From Escherichia coli (GTDB lineage Bacteria > Pseudomonadota > Gammaproteobacteria > Enterobacterales > Enterobacteriaceae): 64,000 nucleotides of DNA. The translations under genes were made by a program, and so were the position numbers. The stretch lies in the NCBI RefSeq assembly GCF_016903815.1, contig NZ_CP069973.1; one strand, written 5' to 3'. Positions 1-11,945 of this stretch are shown here, piece after piece (position 1 is the first letter of the stretch; every line of letters begins with the position of its first letter). The notes under the pieces were generated by a model. It was not told the origin of the DNA and did no database searches. It was given only the letters and a program-made list of their open reading frames with translations.

Positions 1-20
1 GGACTCGCAAATTCCCCTTG

Positions 21-50
21 AAAATACTCCGGTAGCGTTAGCCACCGGAG
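21..50 (-). terminator. Putative rho-independent terminator downstream of hisP
   Basis: Inverted repeat ctccggt(27-33)/accggag(44-50) just 3' of the hisP stop; on the minus strand it is followed by a short U-rich run. Confidence 0.4.
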
Positions 51-56
51 GGGGAA

Positions 57-830
57 TTATTTCAGCGATCCCTTAAGGAACTGTTGCAGACGAGGGCTTT
101 GCGGGTTACCAAATAACTGTTCTGGCGCGCCCTCTTCTTCTATTTTCCCCTGATGGAGGAAAATGACGTGAGTAGAAACATGGCGAGCAAAGCCCATTTC
201 GTGAGTCACTACCACCATGGTTTTCCCCTCTTCTGCCAATTGCTGCATAATACGTAACACTTCGCCTACCAGTTCAGGATCGAGCGCCGAGGTAGGTTCA
301 TCAAACAGTAAAACTTCCGGTTCCATCGCCAGCGCCCGCGCGATAGAAACACGCTGTTGCTGACCACCGGACAGGTGCACCGGGTATTTCCCCTGCGCAC
401 GTTCGTCTATCCCGACTTTCGCCAGATACTTCACCGCCCGCTCGCGCGCTTCCTGCTTGCTCAGGCCCAACACCTGAATCGGCGCTTCCATGACGTTTTC
501 CAGCACCGTCATATGGCTCCAGAGATTGAAGTGCTGGAATACCATCGTCAGGCGTGTGCGCAGTAAGCGCAGCTGATTTTTATCGGCGACTTTGAGTTGA
601 CCGTCTTTGTCGCGCACCAGATTGATCGTCTGGCCGTTAACCACGATCGATCCTTCGCTCGGTTTTTCGAGGAAGTTAATGCAGCGCAGAAAGGTACTTT
701 TCCCCGATCCCGACGATCCGATGATGCTTATGACATCTCCGGCATTCGCTTGCAGTGAGACCCCTTTCAGCACTTCGTGTTCGCCGTAGCGTTTGTGCAA
801 ATCGATAACGTTTAATTTATTCTCGGACAT
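57..830 (-). CDS. hisP: Histidine/lysine-arginine-ornithine ABC transporter ATP-binding protein
   Basis: 257-aa ORF with Walker [13 protein letters not shown] signature LSGGQQQR and Walker [12 protein letters not shown]; first gene of the hisJQMP context. Confidence 0.95.
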   Translation of the reverse strand: MSENKLNVIDLHKRYGEHEVLKGVSLQANAGDVISIIGSSGSGKSTFLRCINFLEKPSEGSIVVNGQTINLVRDKDGQLKVADKNQLRLLRTRLTMVFQHFNLWSHMTVLENVMEAPIQVLGLSKQEARERAVKYLAKVGIDERAQGKYPVHLSGGQQQRVSIARALAMEPEVLLFDEPTSALDPELVGEVLRIMQQLAEEGKTMVVVTHEMGFARHVSTHVIFLHQGKIEEEGAPEQLFGNPQSPRLQQFLKGSLK

Positions 831-837
831 CGTATTC

Positions 838-1554
838 TCAGTGCGTTGAAGAAGGTTTCACATGCTGCAACCAGCGTTTTTCCGCTCTGCGAAAGAGGCT
901 GATCAGGACATAAGAGATGATTAAATAGAGCACCGCGGCAATGCCGAAGGCGGTAAAAGGTTGATACGTGGCGGCGTTAATATCGCGGGCTATTTTCAGC
1001 AGATCCGGCACAGTAGCGGTGAAAGCCAGCGCAGTAGAGTGCAGCATCAGGATCACTTCGTTGCTGTAGGCCGGTAACGCAATACGCAGCGCCGATGGCA
1101 AAATAATGCAGCGATACATTTTAAAGGTCGAGAAGCCATAGGCTCTGGCGGCTTCGATTTCCCCATGCGGCACTGAACGGATCGCTCCGGCAAAAATCTC
1201 GGTGGTGTAAGCACAGGTGTTAAGCGTCAGCGCCAGCACGGTACAGTTCAGGCCACTGCGAAAAAAGGCGTTAAGAAACTCGGTCCCCTTAACAATCTCC
1301 AGCGTATACATGCCGGAATAGAACACCAGCAACTGAACATACAGCGGCGTACCGCGAAAAATATAGGTAAATAACCAGATTGGAAACTGGATGTATTTAT
1401 TACTGGAGACACGACCAATCGCCAGAAACAGCGCCAGAACTCCGCCTATCACTACCGACAAAATCAGCAGCCACAGGGTGATCGCCACGCCAGTAAAGCG
1501 ATAACCGTCGGTCCACAACAACGGTTTCCAGTATTCATGTAAGATTTCGATCAC
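838..1554 (-). CDS. hisM: Histidine ABC transporter permease
   Basis: 238-aa hydrophobic permease ORF between hisP and hisQ, starts overlapping in operon fashion. Confidence 0.9.
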   Translation of the reverse strand: MIEILHEYWKPLLWTDGYRFTGVAITLWLLILSVVIGGVLALFLAIGRVSSNKYIQFPIWLFTYIFRGTPLYVQLLVFYSGMYTLEIVKGTEFLNAFFRSGLNCTVLALTLNTCAYTTEIFAGAIRSVPHGEIEAARAYGFSTFKMYRCIILPSALRIALPAYSNEVILMLHSTALAFTATVPDLLKIARDINAATYQPFTAFGIAAVLYLIISYVLISLFRRAEKRWLQHVKPSSTH

Positions 1555-2237
1555 AGGTCAGCCCTCTTCACACCCACGGAGTAGCGGCGCTCAAGGACCA
1601 GCAGCACACCATTGGAAACAGTGGTGAAAACCAGGTAAATCACGCCACAGACGATGGCGAAATAGAACGGTTCCCAGGTACTTTTGCCTGCCAGCTGCGT
1701 GGCTTTGACCACATCTTCCAGGCCAAGTAACGAAACCAGAGCGGTAGATTTGAGGATCACCTGCCAGTTGTTGCCAATGCCTGGCAGGGCGTAACGCATC
1801 ATCGCCGGAAACATGATCCGCCGAAACACTTGCCCACGAGTGAAACCGAACGCCGTCGCCGCCTCTATATGTCCTTTCGGCACTGCCATAAAAGCGCCAC
1901 GGAACGTTTCGGTAAAATAAGCACCGTAGATAAAACCGAGAGTAATAATACCAGCGACCATCGGATCGATATCAATCTGCCCGACGCCCATCGCCTCCGT
2001 CACCGTGTTTAGTGCAATCTGCAAACCGTAGAAAATTAGCAGCATCAACACCAAGTCCGGCACGCCTCGAATCAGCGTGGTGTACCCTTCGAAAATCAGC
2101 CCCGAAAGCCGATTTTGCGAGAGCTTACCGCCAGCGCCAATTAAACCGATGATTACAGCGAGCACTACAGAGCTGATAGCCAGCTCCAGCGTGACGAGCG
2201 CACCCTGTAAAATAACACCTGAAAACCCATACAACAT
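1551..2237 (-). CDS. hisQ: Histidine ABC transporter permease
   Basis: 228-aa permease ORF overlapping the hisM start by 4 nt. Confidence 0.9.
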   Translation of the reverse strand: MLYGFSGVILQGALVTLELAISSVVLAVIIGLIGAGGKLSQNRLSGLIFEGYTTLIRGVPDLVLMLLIFYGLQIALNTVTEAMGVGQIDIDPMVAGIITLGFIYGAYFTETFRGAFMAVPKGHIEAATAFGFTRGQVFRRIMFPAMMRYALPGIGNNWQVILKSTALVSLLGLEDVVKATQLAGKSTWEPFYFAIVCGVIYLVFTTVSNGVLLVLERRYSVGVKRADL

Positions 2238-2326
2238 GCTGCCTGTCCTGTCGTGTGTGGTGAATTACCGCCTCTTGTCTCCCTCCGGTTACCCGAAGGG
2301 AGCGGACTTTCTTTCACCGATGGCGA

Positions 2327-3109
2327 TTAACCACCATAAACATCAAAATCGAAGTACTTTTTCGCTAATTTCTCGTAAGTACCGTCAGCGCGCATTTCGG
2401 CAAAGGCTTTGTTCAGTGCCTCGCGCAGTTCGTTATCTTCTTTACGCAGGCCCATGCCGGTCCCTACGCCAAACAGTTTTTCATCTTTAACAGACGGACC
2501 ACCGAATTTGTAATCTTTACCGACGGGTTGTTTGAGGAAACCTTCGCTGGCTGCGACCTCATCCTGGAACGCGGCATCAATACGTCCGGCAGTCAGGTCA
2601 GAATAAATATTGTCCTGCCCCTGATAAGAAACGATTTCAATGCCTTTTGGTGCCCAGTGTTCGTTACCGAACGTCTCCTGGGTGGTGCCCTGCAATACGC
2701 CTACCCGTTTGCCTTTCAGCGATTCGACTGTCGGCTGAATGTCGGAATTTTTCGCCACCACCAGACGAGAATCGGCTGCGTATAGTTTGTCGGTGAATGC
2801 TATTTCTTGCTGACGTTTTTCCGTAATGGAAAGCGATGACATGATGGCGTCAATCTTCTTCGCTTTTAAGGACGGGATTAACGCATCCAGTGGGTTTTCG
2901 ACAAACGTACATTGCGTATTGATGCGTTTGCACAACTCCTTTGCCAGATCGATATCGAAGCCAACCAGTTCACCTTGTGAATTTTTTGATTCAAATGGCG
3001 CATAGGTCGGATCGGTACCGATGCGGATGTTTTGCGGAATCGCAGCAAACGCCACAGTTGCGCTGGAGAAGGCCAGAACCAGAGAGAGCGATAGCACCAG
3101 TTTTTTCAT
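2327..3109 (-). CDS. hisJ: Histidine-binding periplasmic protein
   Basis: 260-aa ORF with N-terminal signal peptide; paralogous to the adjacent argT ORF over its full length. Confidence 0.93.
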   Translation of the reverse strand: MKKLVLSLSLVLAFSSATVAFAAIPQNIRIGTDPTYAPFESKNSQGELVGFDIDLAKELCKRINTQCTFVENPLDALIPSLKAKKIDAIMSSLSITEKRQQEIAFTDKLYAADSRLVVAKNSDIQPTVESLKGKRVGVLQGTTQETFGNEHWAPKGIEIVSYQGQDNIYSDLTAGRIDAAFQDEVAASEGFLKQPVGKDYKFGGPSVKDEKLFGVGTGMGLRKEDNELREALNKAFAEMRADGTYEKLAKKYFDFDVYGG

Positions 3110-3329
3110 AATGTCCTCAACTGACAGTCTTTTTATAGGGAATATTTACAGGTTTGTTACACTTATCGTGCCATAAAATTGACCATCAAGGCAAAATATC
3201 CCGCCCCGTTAGACGTATTATTTTTCATTAAAAATGCTTAAGTATGCATTTCAATGCACCACGATAGTGCAACAAACCTGCCGTGCACCATGATGATCAT
3301 TCCATCAGGTACAGCTTCCCTGCGACGTA

Positions 3330-4112
3330 TCAGTCACCGTAGACATTAAAGTCAAAATACTTTTTCGCCATCTTGTCGTAGGTGCCGTCCTGACGCAGCT
3401 CGCCAAGCGCCTTATTAAACGCCGCCGTCAGTTCCGCATCATCTTTACGTAGCCCTACACCGGTGCCGTCACCGAAGTATTTTTTGTCTTTCACTGATGA
3501 GCCAGCAAAGGCGAAGTCTTTACCAGCAGGTTGCTTGAGGAATCCTTCGCTGGCAGCAACTTCATCTTGTAACGCAGCATCCAGACGTCCTGCAGCCAGA
3601 TCGGAATAGACCAAATCCTGGTTGGCATAGGCCACCACATCCACACCTTTGCTACGCCAGGTCTCGTTAGCGTAAGCTTCCTGGGTTGATCCCTGCAGCA
3701 CACCAACATGTTTACCTTTCAGTGAATCCAGCGTTGGCTGAATCGGCGAACCTTTGGCGGCAATCAAACGAGAATCTGCGGCGTACAGCTTGTCGGAGAA
3801 AGCAATCTCCTGCTGACGTTTATCGGTAATGGAAAGCGACGAAATAATGGCGTCGATTTTTTTCGCTTTCAGTGAGGGGATCAGCGCGTCAAAGTCACTG
3901 GCAACCCAGGTACATTTCACCTGCATCCGTTTGCACATCTCGTTACCGAGATCGATATCAAAGCCAACAAAGTCACCTTTGGCATCTTTCGATGAGAACG
4001 GCGCATAGGTGGTATCAGTTCCGATACGTACCGTCTCCGGTAGCGCCGCATAGCTGGAAGCCGCTGCGGAGAGACCGACTAACAAAGACAGAGCGAGAAT
4101 CGACTTCTTCAT
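3330..4112 (-). CDS. argT: Lysine/arginine/ornithine-binding periplasmic protein
   Basis: 260-aa signal-peptide ORF, paralogue of hisJ, upstream of hisJQMP. Confidence 0.93.
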   Translation of the reverse strand: MKKSILALSLLVGLSAAASSYAALPETVRIGTDTTYAPFSSKDAKGDFVGFDIDLGNEMCKRMQVKCTWVASDFDALIPSLKAKKIDAIISSLSITDKRQQEIAFSDKLYAADSRLIAAKGSPIQPTLDSLKGKHVGVLQGSTQEAYANETWRSKGVDVVAYANQDLVYSDLAAGRLDAALQDEVAASEGFLKQPAGKDFAFAGSSVKDKKYFGDGTGVGLRKDDAELTAAFNKALGELRQDGTYDKMAKKYFDFNVYGD

Positions 4113-4179
4113 ACATAACCCTCAAGTGAAAATGGCTTTTTTATGTTGTGTATTGTGTTGTGTGTTTGCAGGCTCTTTC

Positions 4180-4196
4180 ATGCAGGTCTTATGCCA
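4180..4196 (-). promoter_or_regulatory. Sigma-54 type promoter (-24/-12) upstream of argT
   Basis: Minus-strand sequence TGGCATAAGACCTGCAT fits TGGCAC-N5-TTGCA with correct GG/GC spacing, about 70 nt upstream of the argT start; argT is known to be nitrogen regulated. Confidence 0.6.
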
Positions 4197-4377
4197 TCTT
4201 TACGACAGCAGTAACATTCAACGTTAAACATGTTAATAAGACGTTGCATTATTGTCCTGAAGTTGAAGATAGCAGGTATGGCGGTTGAATCGCAGCGTTT
4301 CGATTCATCGAAAGGAACAAAATGTCGAGGATTTGATCGCGGTTGCAAAATTGCCCTGAAACAGGGCAACAGCGGAG

Positions 4378-4947
4378 TTATGCGCCCTGCCAGCGGGCAA
4401 AGAGATCTTCAGGAAGCGTTATGGCGAATTGATCGAGTACACGGTTAACCGTCTGATTTATCACATCATCAAGGGATTGCGGGCGATGATAAAACGCCGG
4501 AACGGGAGGCATAATCACCGCACCGATTTCTGCTGCCTGAGTCATTAAACGCAGATGGCCTAAGTGCAATGGTGTTTCACGTACGCAGAGCACCAACGGG
4601 CGACGCTCTTTCAGCACCACATCTGCCGCACGGGTCAGTAAGCCATCAGTATAGCTATGGACAATGCCGGACAGGGTTTTGATTGAACAGGGTAAAATCA
4701 CCATCCCCAGTGTCTGGAAAGAACCGGAAGAAATGCTGGCAGCAATATCGCGCGCATCGTGCGTCACATCGGCTGATGCCTGCACTTCGCGCAGGGAAAA
4801 ATCCGTTTCGAGGGATAAGGTCTGGCGCGCGGCCTGGCTCATCACCAAATGCGTTTCAACATCTGCGACATCGCGCAGAACCTGTAATAAGCGCACGCCA
4901 TAAATCGCGCCGCTGGCACCGCTGATGCCTACAATGAGTCGTTTCAT
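4378..4947 (-). CDS. ubiX: Flavin prenyltransferase UbiX
   Basis: 189-aa ORF starting MKRLIVGISGASGAIYG, directly downstream of purF. Confidence 0.92.
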   Translation of the reverse strand: MKRLIVGISGASGAIYGVRLLQVLRDVADVETHLVMSQAARQTLSLETDFSLREVQASADVTHDARDIAASISSGSFQTLGMVILPCSIKTLSGIVHSYTDGLLTRAADVVLKERRPLVLCVRETPLHLGHLRLMTQAAEIGAVIMPPVPAFYHRPQSLDDVINQTVNRVLDQFAITLPEDLFARWQGA

Positions 4948-5041
4948 AAATAGTTGCCCTGTCAGACTTGCAGGCAGACTTTGCAGGATTTCGGCGGGAG
5001 TTGCAAGTCAGGGTGCCAGACCGGCACCCTGAGCGAAGGCA

Positions 5042-6559
5042 TCATCCTTCGTTATGCATTTCGAGATTTTCCACTTCGTTCTGACGTTGCACTGCTTTGG
5101 CGTCATCATTACGTAACGTATCGAGGAAATCGAGGTAGCCCTGATCAACATCTTTGGTGACGTAGACGCCGTTGAACACCGAACACTCAAACTGCTGAAT
5201 ATCCGGGTTTTCAGCGCGAACGGCTTCGATCAGATCGTTCAGATCCTGGAAAATCAACCCGTCAGCACCGATGATCTGGCGAATTTCATCTACTTCGCGA
5301 CCGTGAGCGATAAGCTCCGTAGCGCTCGGCATATCGATACCGTAAACGTTCGGGAAGCGAATCTCCGGTGCCGCAGAAGCGAGGTACACTTTCTTCGCTC
5401 CGGCTTCGCGTGCCATCTCGATAATCTGCTCAGAAGTGGTGCCACGGACGATGGAGTCGTCGACCAGCAGGACGTTTTTATCGCGGAACTCGGCGCGGTT
5501 GGCGTTCAGCTTACGGCGCACGGACTTACGACGCAGTTGCTGACCCGGCATGATGAAGGTACGGCCTACATAGCGGTTTTTAACGAAGCCCTGACGGTAC
5601 GGTTTGCCCAGAATACGAGCAATTTCCAGCGCGATATCACATGAGGTTTCCGGGATCGGGATCACCACGTCGATATCCAGATCTTCCCATTCGCGGGCAA
5701 TTTTCTCGCCCAGCTTCGTGCCCATATTCACACGCGCGCTGTAAACGGAAATTTTGTCGATGAACGAGTCCGGGCGAGCAAAGTATACATACTCAAACAG
5801 GCACGGATTGCTGACCGGATTGTCAGCACATTGACGGGTAAACAACTGCCCTTCTTCAGTGATGTAAATCGCTTCGCCCGGCGCGACGTCACGCAGGAAA
5901 TCAAAGCCTAGTGTATCGAGCGCAACGCTTTCGGAAGCGACCATATATTCTGTGCGGTTCTCGTCAATATCACGTTTTCCCAGTACCAGCGGACGAATAC
6001 CGTTAGGATCGCGGAAAGCAACCATACCGTGGCCGATAATCATCGCCACACAGGCATACGCGCCGCGGATTAAGCGGTTTGTGGCAGCAATGGCAGCGAA
6101 AATATTGTCGGCTTCCAGCGGGTAGTGGCGGAAGTTGTCCAGCTCGCTGGCGAAGATATTAAGCAGAATCTCCGAGTCGGAAGTGGTATTGATGTGGCGG
6201 CGTTTTTCTTCAAACAGTTTTTTACGCAACTCGTGAGCGTTGGTCAGATTGCCGTTGTGGGCAAGCGTAATGCCATACGGAGAGTTAACGTAAAACGGCT
6301 GCGCTTCAGAGGCGCTGGAGCTGCCAGCCGTAGGGTAACGCACATGACCAATGCCCATATTGCCCTGCAAACGCTGCATATGGCGAGCTTCAAATACATC
6401 GCTCACCAGCCCGTTCGCTTTACGCAAACGGAAGCAGTTATTGGCATCTATGGTGATGATGCCGGCGGCATCCTGACCGCGATGCTGAAGCACCGTTAAG
6501 GCATCATAAATCGACTGGTTAACCGGCATAACACCGGCGATACCGACAATACCGCACAT
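5042..6559 (-). CDS. purF: Amidophosphoribosyltransferase
   Basis: 505-aa ORF starting MCGIVGIAG (N-terminal Cys glutamine amidotransferase) with PRTase domain. Confidence 0.95.
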   Translation of the reverse strand: MCGIVGIAGVMPVNQSIYDALTVLQHRGQDAAGIITIDANNCFRLRKANGLVSDVFEARHMQRLQGNMGIGHVRYPTAGSSSASEAQPFYVNSPYGITLAHNGNLTNAHELRKKLFEEKRRHINTTSDSEILLNIFASELDNFRHYPLEADNIFAAIAATNRLIRGAYACVAMIIGHGMVAFRDPNGIRPLVLGKRDIDENRTEYMVASESVALDTLGFDFLRDVAPGEAIYITEEGQLFTRQCADNPVSNPCLFEYVYFARPDSFIDKISVYSARVNMGTKLGEKIAREWEDLDIDVVIPIPETSCDIALEIARILGKPYRQGFVKNRYVGRTFIMPGQQLRRKSVRRKLNANRAEFRDKNVLLVDDSIVRGTTSEQIIEMAREAGAKKVYLASAAPEIRFPNVYGIDMPSATELIAHGREVDEIRQIIGADGLIFQDLNDLIEAVRAENPDIQQFECSVFNGVYVTKDVDQGYLDFLDTLRNDDAKAVQRQNEVENLEMHNEG

Positions 6560-6595
6560 ACGTCTTTTTCCTCGTTAAGCCACATCTCAGAGCAC

Positions 6596-7084
6596 TTACG
6601 CTCTGGGCAAGAAACTTGACGAGCTTTGCAGATAATCAAAAAACCATCTGATGATAAAACTGAACTGCGGGATCAGCTGTGATTTGCTCCAGTCTTCGCT
6701 TTTCGACACCCCGGTAAAGGAGTCGAGAAAGAAGAGAATGGCGGCAACAATCAACACACCGCGCAACGCACCGAAACAGACGCCCAGCACCCGATCGGTG
6801 CCTGACAACCCCGTTTTCTCCACCAACTGGCCTATCACGAAGTTCACGATAGCACCAACGATCAGGGTAGCGATAAACAGTACCGCGATGGCAATCCCAT
6901 TTCGAACCAGTTCGTCTTCAAAGCCCGTAAACCAGACTGACAGGTAAGTGTAGTAATGACTGGCAACAAAGAAAGCACAACCCCATGTCACCAGCGATAA
7001 CGCTTCACGAACAAAGCCGCGGATCAGGCTAACCAGAGAGGAAAAAGCAATCACCGCGATTATGGCGTAATCAATCCAGACCAT
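6596..7084 (-). CDS. cvpA: Colicin V production membrane protein CvpA
   Basis: 162-aa multi-TM ORF immediately upstream of purF. Confidence 0.9.
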   Translation of the reverse strand: MVWIDYAIIAVIAFSSLVSLIRGFVREALSLVTWGCAFFVASHYYTYLSVWFTGFEDELVRNGIAIAVLFIATLIVGAIVNFVIGQLVEKTGLSGTDRVLGVCFGALRGVLIVAAILFFLDSFTGVSKSEDWSKSQLIPQFSFIIRWFFDYLQSSSSFLPRA

Positions 7085-7140
7085 ATGTGTCCCACGATTT
7101 TACGCCCTGTCATCCTGTTCGGGGCGCATTCTAACAGAAA

Positions 7141-7156
7141 AAGAAAACGTTTGCGT
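7141..7156 (-). promoter_or_regulatory. PurR operator (PUR box) of the cvpA-purF operon
   Basis: Plus-strand AAGAAAACGTTTGCGT is the exact reverse complement of the PUR box consensus ACGCAAACGTTTTCNT, about 57 bp upstream of the cvpA start. Confidence 0.85.
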
Positions 7157-7223
7157 AGGGATTTCCTTCCCACGCATCAATAAAAATGGCGCTGAAAAAA
7201 TATTCAACGCCATCGACTTTTTA

Positions 7224-7338
7224 TGCCTTTGCGGCATCGGGCAATGCGTGTCGGATGCGGCGTAAACGCCTTATCCGACCTACGTTTCTACTCCTGCGTA
7301 GGACTGATAAGACGCGCCAGCGTCGCATCAGATAAGAC
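7224..7338. repeat. REP (repetitive extragenic palindromic) element cluster
   Basis: GC-rich imperfect palindromes of the cggatgcggcgtaaacgccttatccg type in the cvpA-dedD intergenic region. Confidence 0.7.
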
Positions 7339-7342
7339 CGTA

Positions 7343-7993
7343 TTAATTCGGCGTATAACCCATTACCACGCCACTTAAGCCAGAAAGTTGCTTCAACTCA
7401 CCCAGCGAACCTTTCAGCTTATCTTTCGAGGCATCTGGCCCAACCAGAATACGAGTAATTTTACCCTGCACTGGCGTGGATGGCGACGTATAAACCCGAT
7501 AACCGGCACCGCGCAGCTTACCGACAATCTCATTCACTTTATCGGCATTTTTCAGTGCGCCCAGTTGTACAACATAGGCTTTACCCGTTGGCGCTGCTTT
7601 TTCTTCCACGACCGGCTTCGGCGCAGGTGGTGCTTCAACCTTCGGTTTCGGCGGCTCTACCGGTTTCGGCTTCGGTGGGACGACCGGTGCAGGTTCCGGT
7701 TCAAACTCGGTGTTATTGGCTGCAATAGTGGCCGGATCGAGCGACGGTGCTGCGGCATCACCTGCCCGCACCTCTTCCGCTGCGCCTTCCGGCGGCTGCG
7801 TCGGCAGCGCCTGGGTGGCGGCTGGCATCATATCAGGCTCATCGCGATCGCCCGCTTTTGGCACCAGCGGGATAGCCGCGAACTCATCCTGATAATGTTT
7901 TTTCTGCCCGTCCAGCAGCCCTGGAAGTACAATCACCCCCAGCGCCACCAGCACGATCGTGCCCACTAACCGATTCTGAAACTTACTTGCCAC
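7343..7993 (-). CDS. dedD: Cell division protein DedD (SPOR domain)
   Basis: Pro/Ala/Lys-rich ORF with C-terminal SPOR-like domain; GTG start chosen at 7991-7993 (MASKFQNRLVG) rather than the longer track ORF. Confidence 0.85.
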   Translation of the reverse strand: MASKFQNRLVGTIVLVALGVIVLPGLLDGQKKHYQDEFAAIPLVPKAGDRDEPDMMPAATQALPTQPPEGAAEEVRAGDAAAPSLDPATIAANNTEFEPEPAPVVPPKPKPVEPPKPKVEAPPAPKPVVEEKAAPTGKAYVVQLGALKNADKVNEIVGKLRGAGYRVYTSPSTPVQGKITRILVGPDASKDKLKGSLGELKQLSGLSGVVMGYTPN

Positions 7994-9251
7994 CGCTTCT
8001 CCTCGCGTCAATCACTTCCATGACATGTGCGACCGTGTGGAACGAACCACACACCAGCACGGTATCTTCCGCTTTAGCGTCCGCCATTGCGGCATCCCAT
8101 GCCTGCGCCACGCTATCAAATGATTTGCCGTTACCCAAATGCTCAAGCAGTTGTTCTGCCGTGGCACCGCGCGGCCCTTCCAGTGGCGCACAATACCAGT
8201 CATCAACCACGCTTTTCAACCAGGCCAGAGTTCCGGCAATATCTTTATCATGTAGCATACCGATAACCGCCAGCACGCGCCCGTTTTTCGGTAGCGCTTT
8301 CATACGCCCGGTGAGATATTCCGCCGCATGTGGATTATGCGCGACATCAAAAATAACGCGTGGTGACTCGCTCACAATCTGGAAACGTCCCGGCAAAATT
8401 GCGTTGGCAATCCCGTCGCGAATGGCATTTTCACTGACCTCCAGCCCGCTGGCACGCAGTGCCGCCAGCGCCGTTGCGGCATTCGGTTGCGGGACAAGCG
8501 GCAACGGCAGATTTTCCAGCGTGCCGTGAGCATCGCTAAACGCCCAGTCATGATCGGTGACGGAATAGTTCCACTCAACGCCCCGACGTTGTAACAGTGC
8601 ACTTTTTTCCTGCGCCACATCAGCAATGGTAGAAGGCATTTCCGGCTCACCGACAATTGCCGGTTTTTCGCTGCGGAAGATGCCTGCTTTCTCGCGACCA
8701 ATGCTTTCGCGATCTGGCCCCAGCCAGTCGGTATGATCCAGCGCAATGCTGGTTACTACCGCAACATCGGCATCGACAATATTGGTTGCGTCCAGACGAC
8801 CGCCCAGCCCTACTTCCAGAATCACCACGTCAAGTTGTGCCTGTTTGAACAGCCACAACGCCGACAGCGTACCGTACTCGAAATAGGTCAGGGAAATATC
8901 ACCGCGTGCCGATTCAATCTCCGCAAAAGAGGCGGTGTGGGCCGATTCCGGCAATTCCTGCCCCTGCACACGTACGCGCTCGGTATAACGCACCAGATGC
9001 GGTGAACTGTAGACGCCCACTTTGTACCCTGCCGCCATCAGAATCGACTCCAGCGTACGGCAGGTGGTGCCTTTGCCATTCGTACCCGCAACGGTAAACA
9101 CAAATGGCGCTGGTTTCAGAACGCCAAGACGCGCCGCGACCTGGCTCACGCGCTCAAGGCCGAGATCGATAGTTTTACTGTGCAGGTTTTCCAGATAAGA
9201 AAGCCACGAAGCCAGAGGCGACGCGGCTTGAGGAGTGCGTTTGATAATCAT
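7983..9251 (-). CDS. folC: Dihydrofolate synthase / folylpolyglutamate synthase
   Basis: 422-aa ORF with Mur-ligase-like P-loop (AGTNGKGT) between accD and dedD. Confidence 0.93.
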   Translation of the reverse strand: MIIKRTPQAASPLASWLSYLENLHSKTIDLGLERVSQVAARLGVLKPAPFVFTVAGTNGKGTTCRTLESILMAAGYKVGVYSSPHLVRYTERVRVQGQELPESAHTASFAEIESARGDISLTYFEYGTLSALWLFKQAQLDVVILEVGLGGRLDATNIVDADVAVVTSIALDHTDWLGPDRESIGREKAGIFRSEKPAIVGEPEMPSTIADVAQEKSALLQRRGVEWNYSVTDHDWAFSDAHGTLENLPLPLVPQPNAATALAALRASGLEVSENAIRDGIANAILPGRFQIVSESPRVIFDVAHNPHAAEYLTGRMKALPKNGRVLAVIGMLHDKDIAGTLAWLKSVVDDWYCAPLEGPRGATAEQLLEHLGNGKSFDSVAQAWDAAMADAKAEDTVLVCGSFHTVAHVMEVIDARRSGGK

Positions 9252-9320
9252 GGTATCCGCTGATTCGTTACGGTGAGAATAGCAAAAGGGCAGAGCCAGT
9301 GGCCCTGCCCTTATCAGTTA

Positions 9321-10235
9321 TCAGGCCTCAGGTTCCTGATCTGGTACCGGTGGCACCACTACGCCTTCACGCGGCGCTTCAGGATTCGGCGCTGGCAGAT
9401 TCATCAACTTCGCCAGAATACTCGCCAGTTTCAGGCGCATTTCCGGACGACGGACGATCATGTCGATCGCGCCTTTCTCGATCAGGAATTCACTGCGCTG
9501 GAATCCTGGCGGCAGTTTTTCGCGAACGGTCTGTTCGATAACACGCGGACCGGCAAAGCCGATTAACGCTTTCGGTTCAGCGATGTTGAGATCGCCCAGC
9601 ATGGCGAAACTTGCAGAAACACCGCCCATGGTCGGGTCGGTCAGCACGGAGATGTACGGCAAGCCGCGCTCCTGCATTTTTGCCAGTGCCGCAGAGGTTT
9701 TCGCCATCTGCATCAGCGACATCAGTGCTTCCTGCATACGTGCGCCACCAGAGGCGGAGAAGCAGATCAGTGGGCAGTTATCTTCCAGCGCCTGCTCAAC
9801 GGCACGCACGAAACGTGCACCTACCACAGACCCCATGGAACCGCCCATAAAGGCGAACTCGAATGCCGCAGCGACAACCGGCATTCCATACAGGGTGCCT
9901 TTCATCACCACCAGCGCATCTTTTTCGCCGGTTTCTTTCTGCGCAGATGCCAGACGGTCTTTATACTTCTTGGAGTCACGAAACTTCAGCACATCTTTCG
10001 GCTCAAGCTCGCTACCCAACTCCACAAGGCTTCCTTCATCTAACAGGCTATGCAGGCGATTACGCGCTGTCATACGCATGTGATGGTCACACTTCGGACA
10101 GACCTCAAGATTACGTTCCAGCTCAGCGCGGTATAAAACCTGACCGCAGCTATCACACTTAGTCCACACCCCTTCAGGAATGCTCGCCTTGCGGGTGGGA
10201 GTAATGTTGCTTTTAATTCGTTCAATCCAGCTCAT
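9321..10235 (-). CDS. accD: Acetyl-CoA carboxylase carboxyltransferase beta subunit
   Basis: N-terminal zinc-finger Cys pairs (CDSCGQ...CPKCDHH) and carboxyltransferase domain; start trimmed to ATG at 10233-10235 (MSWIERIK), verified in sequence. Confidence 0.93.
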
Positions 10236-10390
10236 TAGGGACCTTTCTGTCTGAACCTGGTTCGATGCCAGTTTTATCTTTGGGGACGCATAATGCCATT
10301 TTTGCCCCCAACAGACCATGAATGTTGCACATTAAAACATAACAGCCCGAAACTTTGGATAAAAAAGTGGTCGAACCGCGGAGTTACTTT

Positions 10391-11050
10391 TTATTTTGCG
10401 GCGCGTGCCGCAGCGCGTTTGTGGCGAATAAATTCGAAAACACCTGGCAATATTGAAACAAAAATAATGCCAACAATCATCAGTTTAAGGTTGCTCTGAA
10501 TGAAGGGGAGCGTTCCGAAGAAATAGCCTGCGTAGGTAAAAAGCAGTACCCACAACAGTGCGCCGATCACGTTATAAGCGGCGAAATGACGGTACGACAT
10601 GTGGCCCATTCCCGCAACAAACGGGGCGAACGTTCTGACGATCGGCACAAAACGGGCGAGAATAATCGTTTTGCCGCCATGTTTCTCATAAAACTGATGA
10701 GTCTTATCAAGATAACTGCGACGAAAGATTTTCGAATCCGGATTACTGAACAGTTTGTCACCAAATAACCGTCCAATGGTGTAGTTCACCGCGTCACCCA
10801 CAATCGCGGCGATCAGCATCAGCACCACCATCATATGGACGTTGAGATCGTTGGTTTCCAGTGATGCCAACGCACCGGCAACAAACAGCAATGAATCACC
10901 CGGTAAAAACGGCGTTACCACCAAACCGGTTTCACAGAACAAAATTAAGAACAAAATGGCATAAACCCAGACGCCATACTCCGCGACCAGTTCTGCCAGA
11001 TGCACGTCAATGTGCAGGATAAAATCGATGAGGAAATAAATCAGGTCCAT
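10391..11050 (-). CDS. dedA: DedA-family inner membrane protein
   Basis: 219-aa multi-TM ORF in the conserved position between accD and truA. Confidence 0.88.
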   Translation of the reverse strand: MDLIYFLIDFILHIDVHLAELVAEYGVWVYAILFLILFCETGLVVTPFLPGDSLLFVAGALASLETNDLNVHMMVVLMLIAAIVGDAVNYTIGRLFGDKLFSNPDSKIFRRSYLDKTHQFYEKHGGKTIILARFVPIVRTFAPFVAGMGHMSYRHFAAYNVIGALLWVLLFTYAGYFFGTLPFIQSNLKLMIVGIIFVSILPGVFEFIRHKRAAARAAK

Positions 11051-11132
11051 ATTAGCCTATGCCTTGTACTCGTCATCTTTCAGGCTGTAACTACGTTGGC
11101 TACAGCCTGAAATGTTCCGAGCATTATTCTTG

Positions 11133-11945
11133 TTAGTCCGCCAGAAATAGCGGGCCCATTGGCGGTTTTGGAAGATCATACCGGTCAGGGTAATCCACCG
11201 CGACCAGATACAGCCCTTCCGCTTTTGCCGTTGCTGCCGCCAGCGTTCTGTCCTTTGCCGCCAGCAACTCTGCTATCCAGCTCTCCGGCTGGTTGTGGGC
11301 ACCGACTTCCATCAGGCTGCCGACAATATTCCTGACCATATGATGTACAAAGGCATTCGCTTTGATATCTACCACCACATAAGGACCGTGACGCGTGACA
11401 TTAATATGCATAACGTTGCGCCACGGGGTTCGGGATTGGCACTGCACCGCACGGAACGAGGTGAAATCATTCTCGCCCAGCAAGCATTGCGCGGCCCGAT
11501 GCATCCGTTCAGCGTCCAGCGGTTCGTAAAAATGGGTTACCCCTTTACTCAGTACCGCCGGGCGCAGCCGATGATTGTAGATGATGTAGCGATAACGGCG
11601 AGCCGTGGCGCTAAATCGGGCATGAAAATCATCAGGTACAGCTTTAACCCAACGCACGGCGATGTCACCAGGTAAATTCGCATTTACGCCCAACGTCCAC
11701 GCAGCGTCTTTGCGCTGCGCGGTCGTTTCGAAATGCACAACCTGCCCGGTGCCGTGTACACCTGCGTCAGTACGCCCGGCGCAGAAGACGGTGATCGGTT
11801 CGTTCGCCACCTGGGAGAGCGCCTTTTCCAGCTTCTCCTGCACACTGCGGACTTCGTTCTGCCGTTGCCAGCCGTAATACTTACTGCCGTCGTACTCAAT
11901 GCCCAGCGCAATTTTATAAACTGGCGGTTGTTGCTGGTCGGACAT
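11133..11945 (-). CDS. truA: tRNA pseudouridine(38-40) synthase
   Basis: 270-aa ORF with TruA-like motifs ([17 protein letters not shown]). Confidence 0.93.
   Translation of the reverse strand: MSDQQQPPVYKIALGIEYDGSKYYGWQRQNEVRSVQEKLEKALSQVANEPITVFCAGRTDAGVHGTGQVVHFETTAQRKDAAWTLGVNANLPGDIAVRWVKAVPDDFHARFSATARRYRYIIYNHRLRPAVLSKGVTHFYEPLDAERMHRAAQCLLGENDFTSFRAVQCQSRTPWRNVMHINVTRHGPYVVVDIKANAFVHHMVRNIVGSLMEVGAHNQPESWIAELLAAKDRTLAAATAKAEGLYLVAVDYPDRYDLPKPPMGPLFLAD

Noticed and set aside
7388-7969. 193-aa plus-strand ORF
   Set aside because: Antisense to dedD; Arg/Cys/Phe-rich low-complexity translation of a Pro/Ala/Lys-coding region
9460-10083. 207-aa plus-strand ORF
   Set aside because: Antisense inside accD, with no independent start or RBS context
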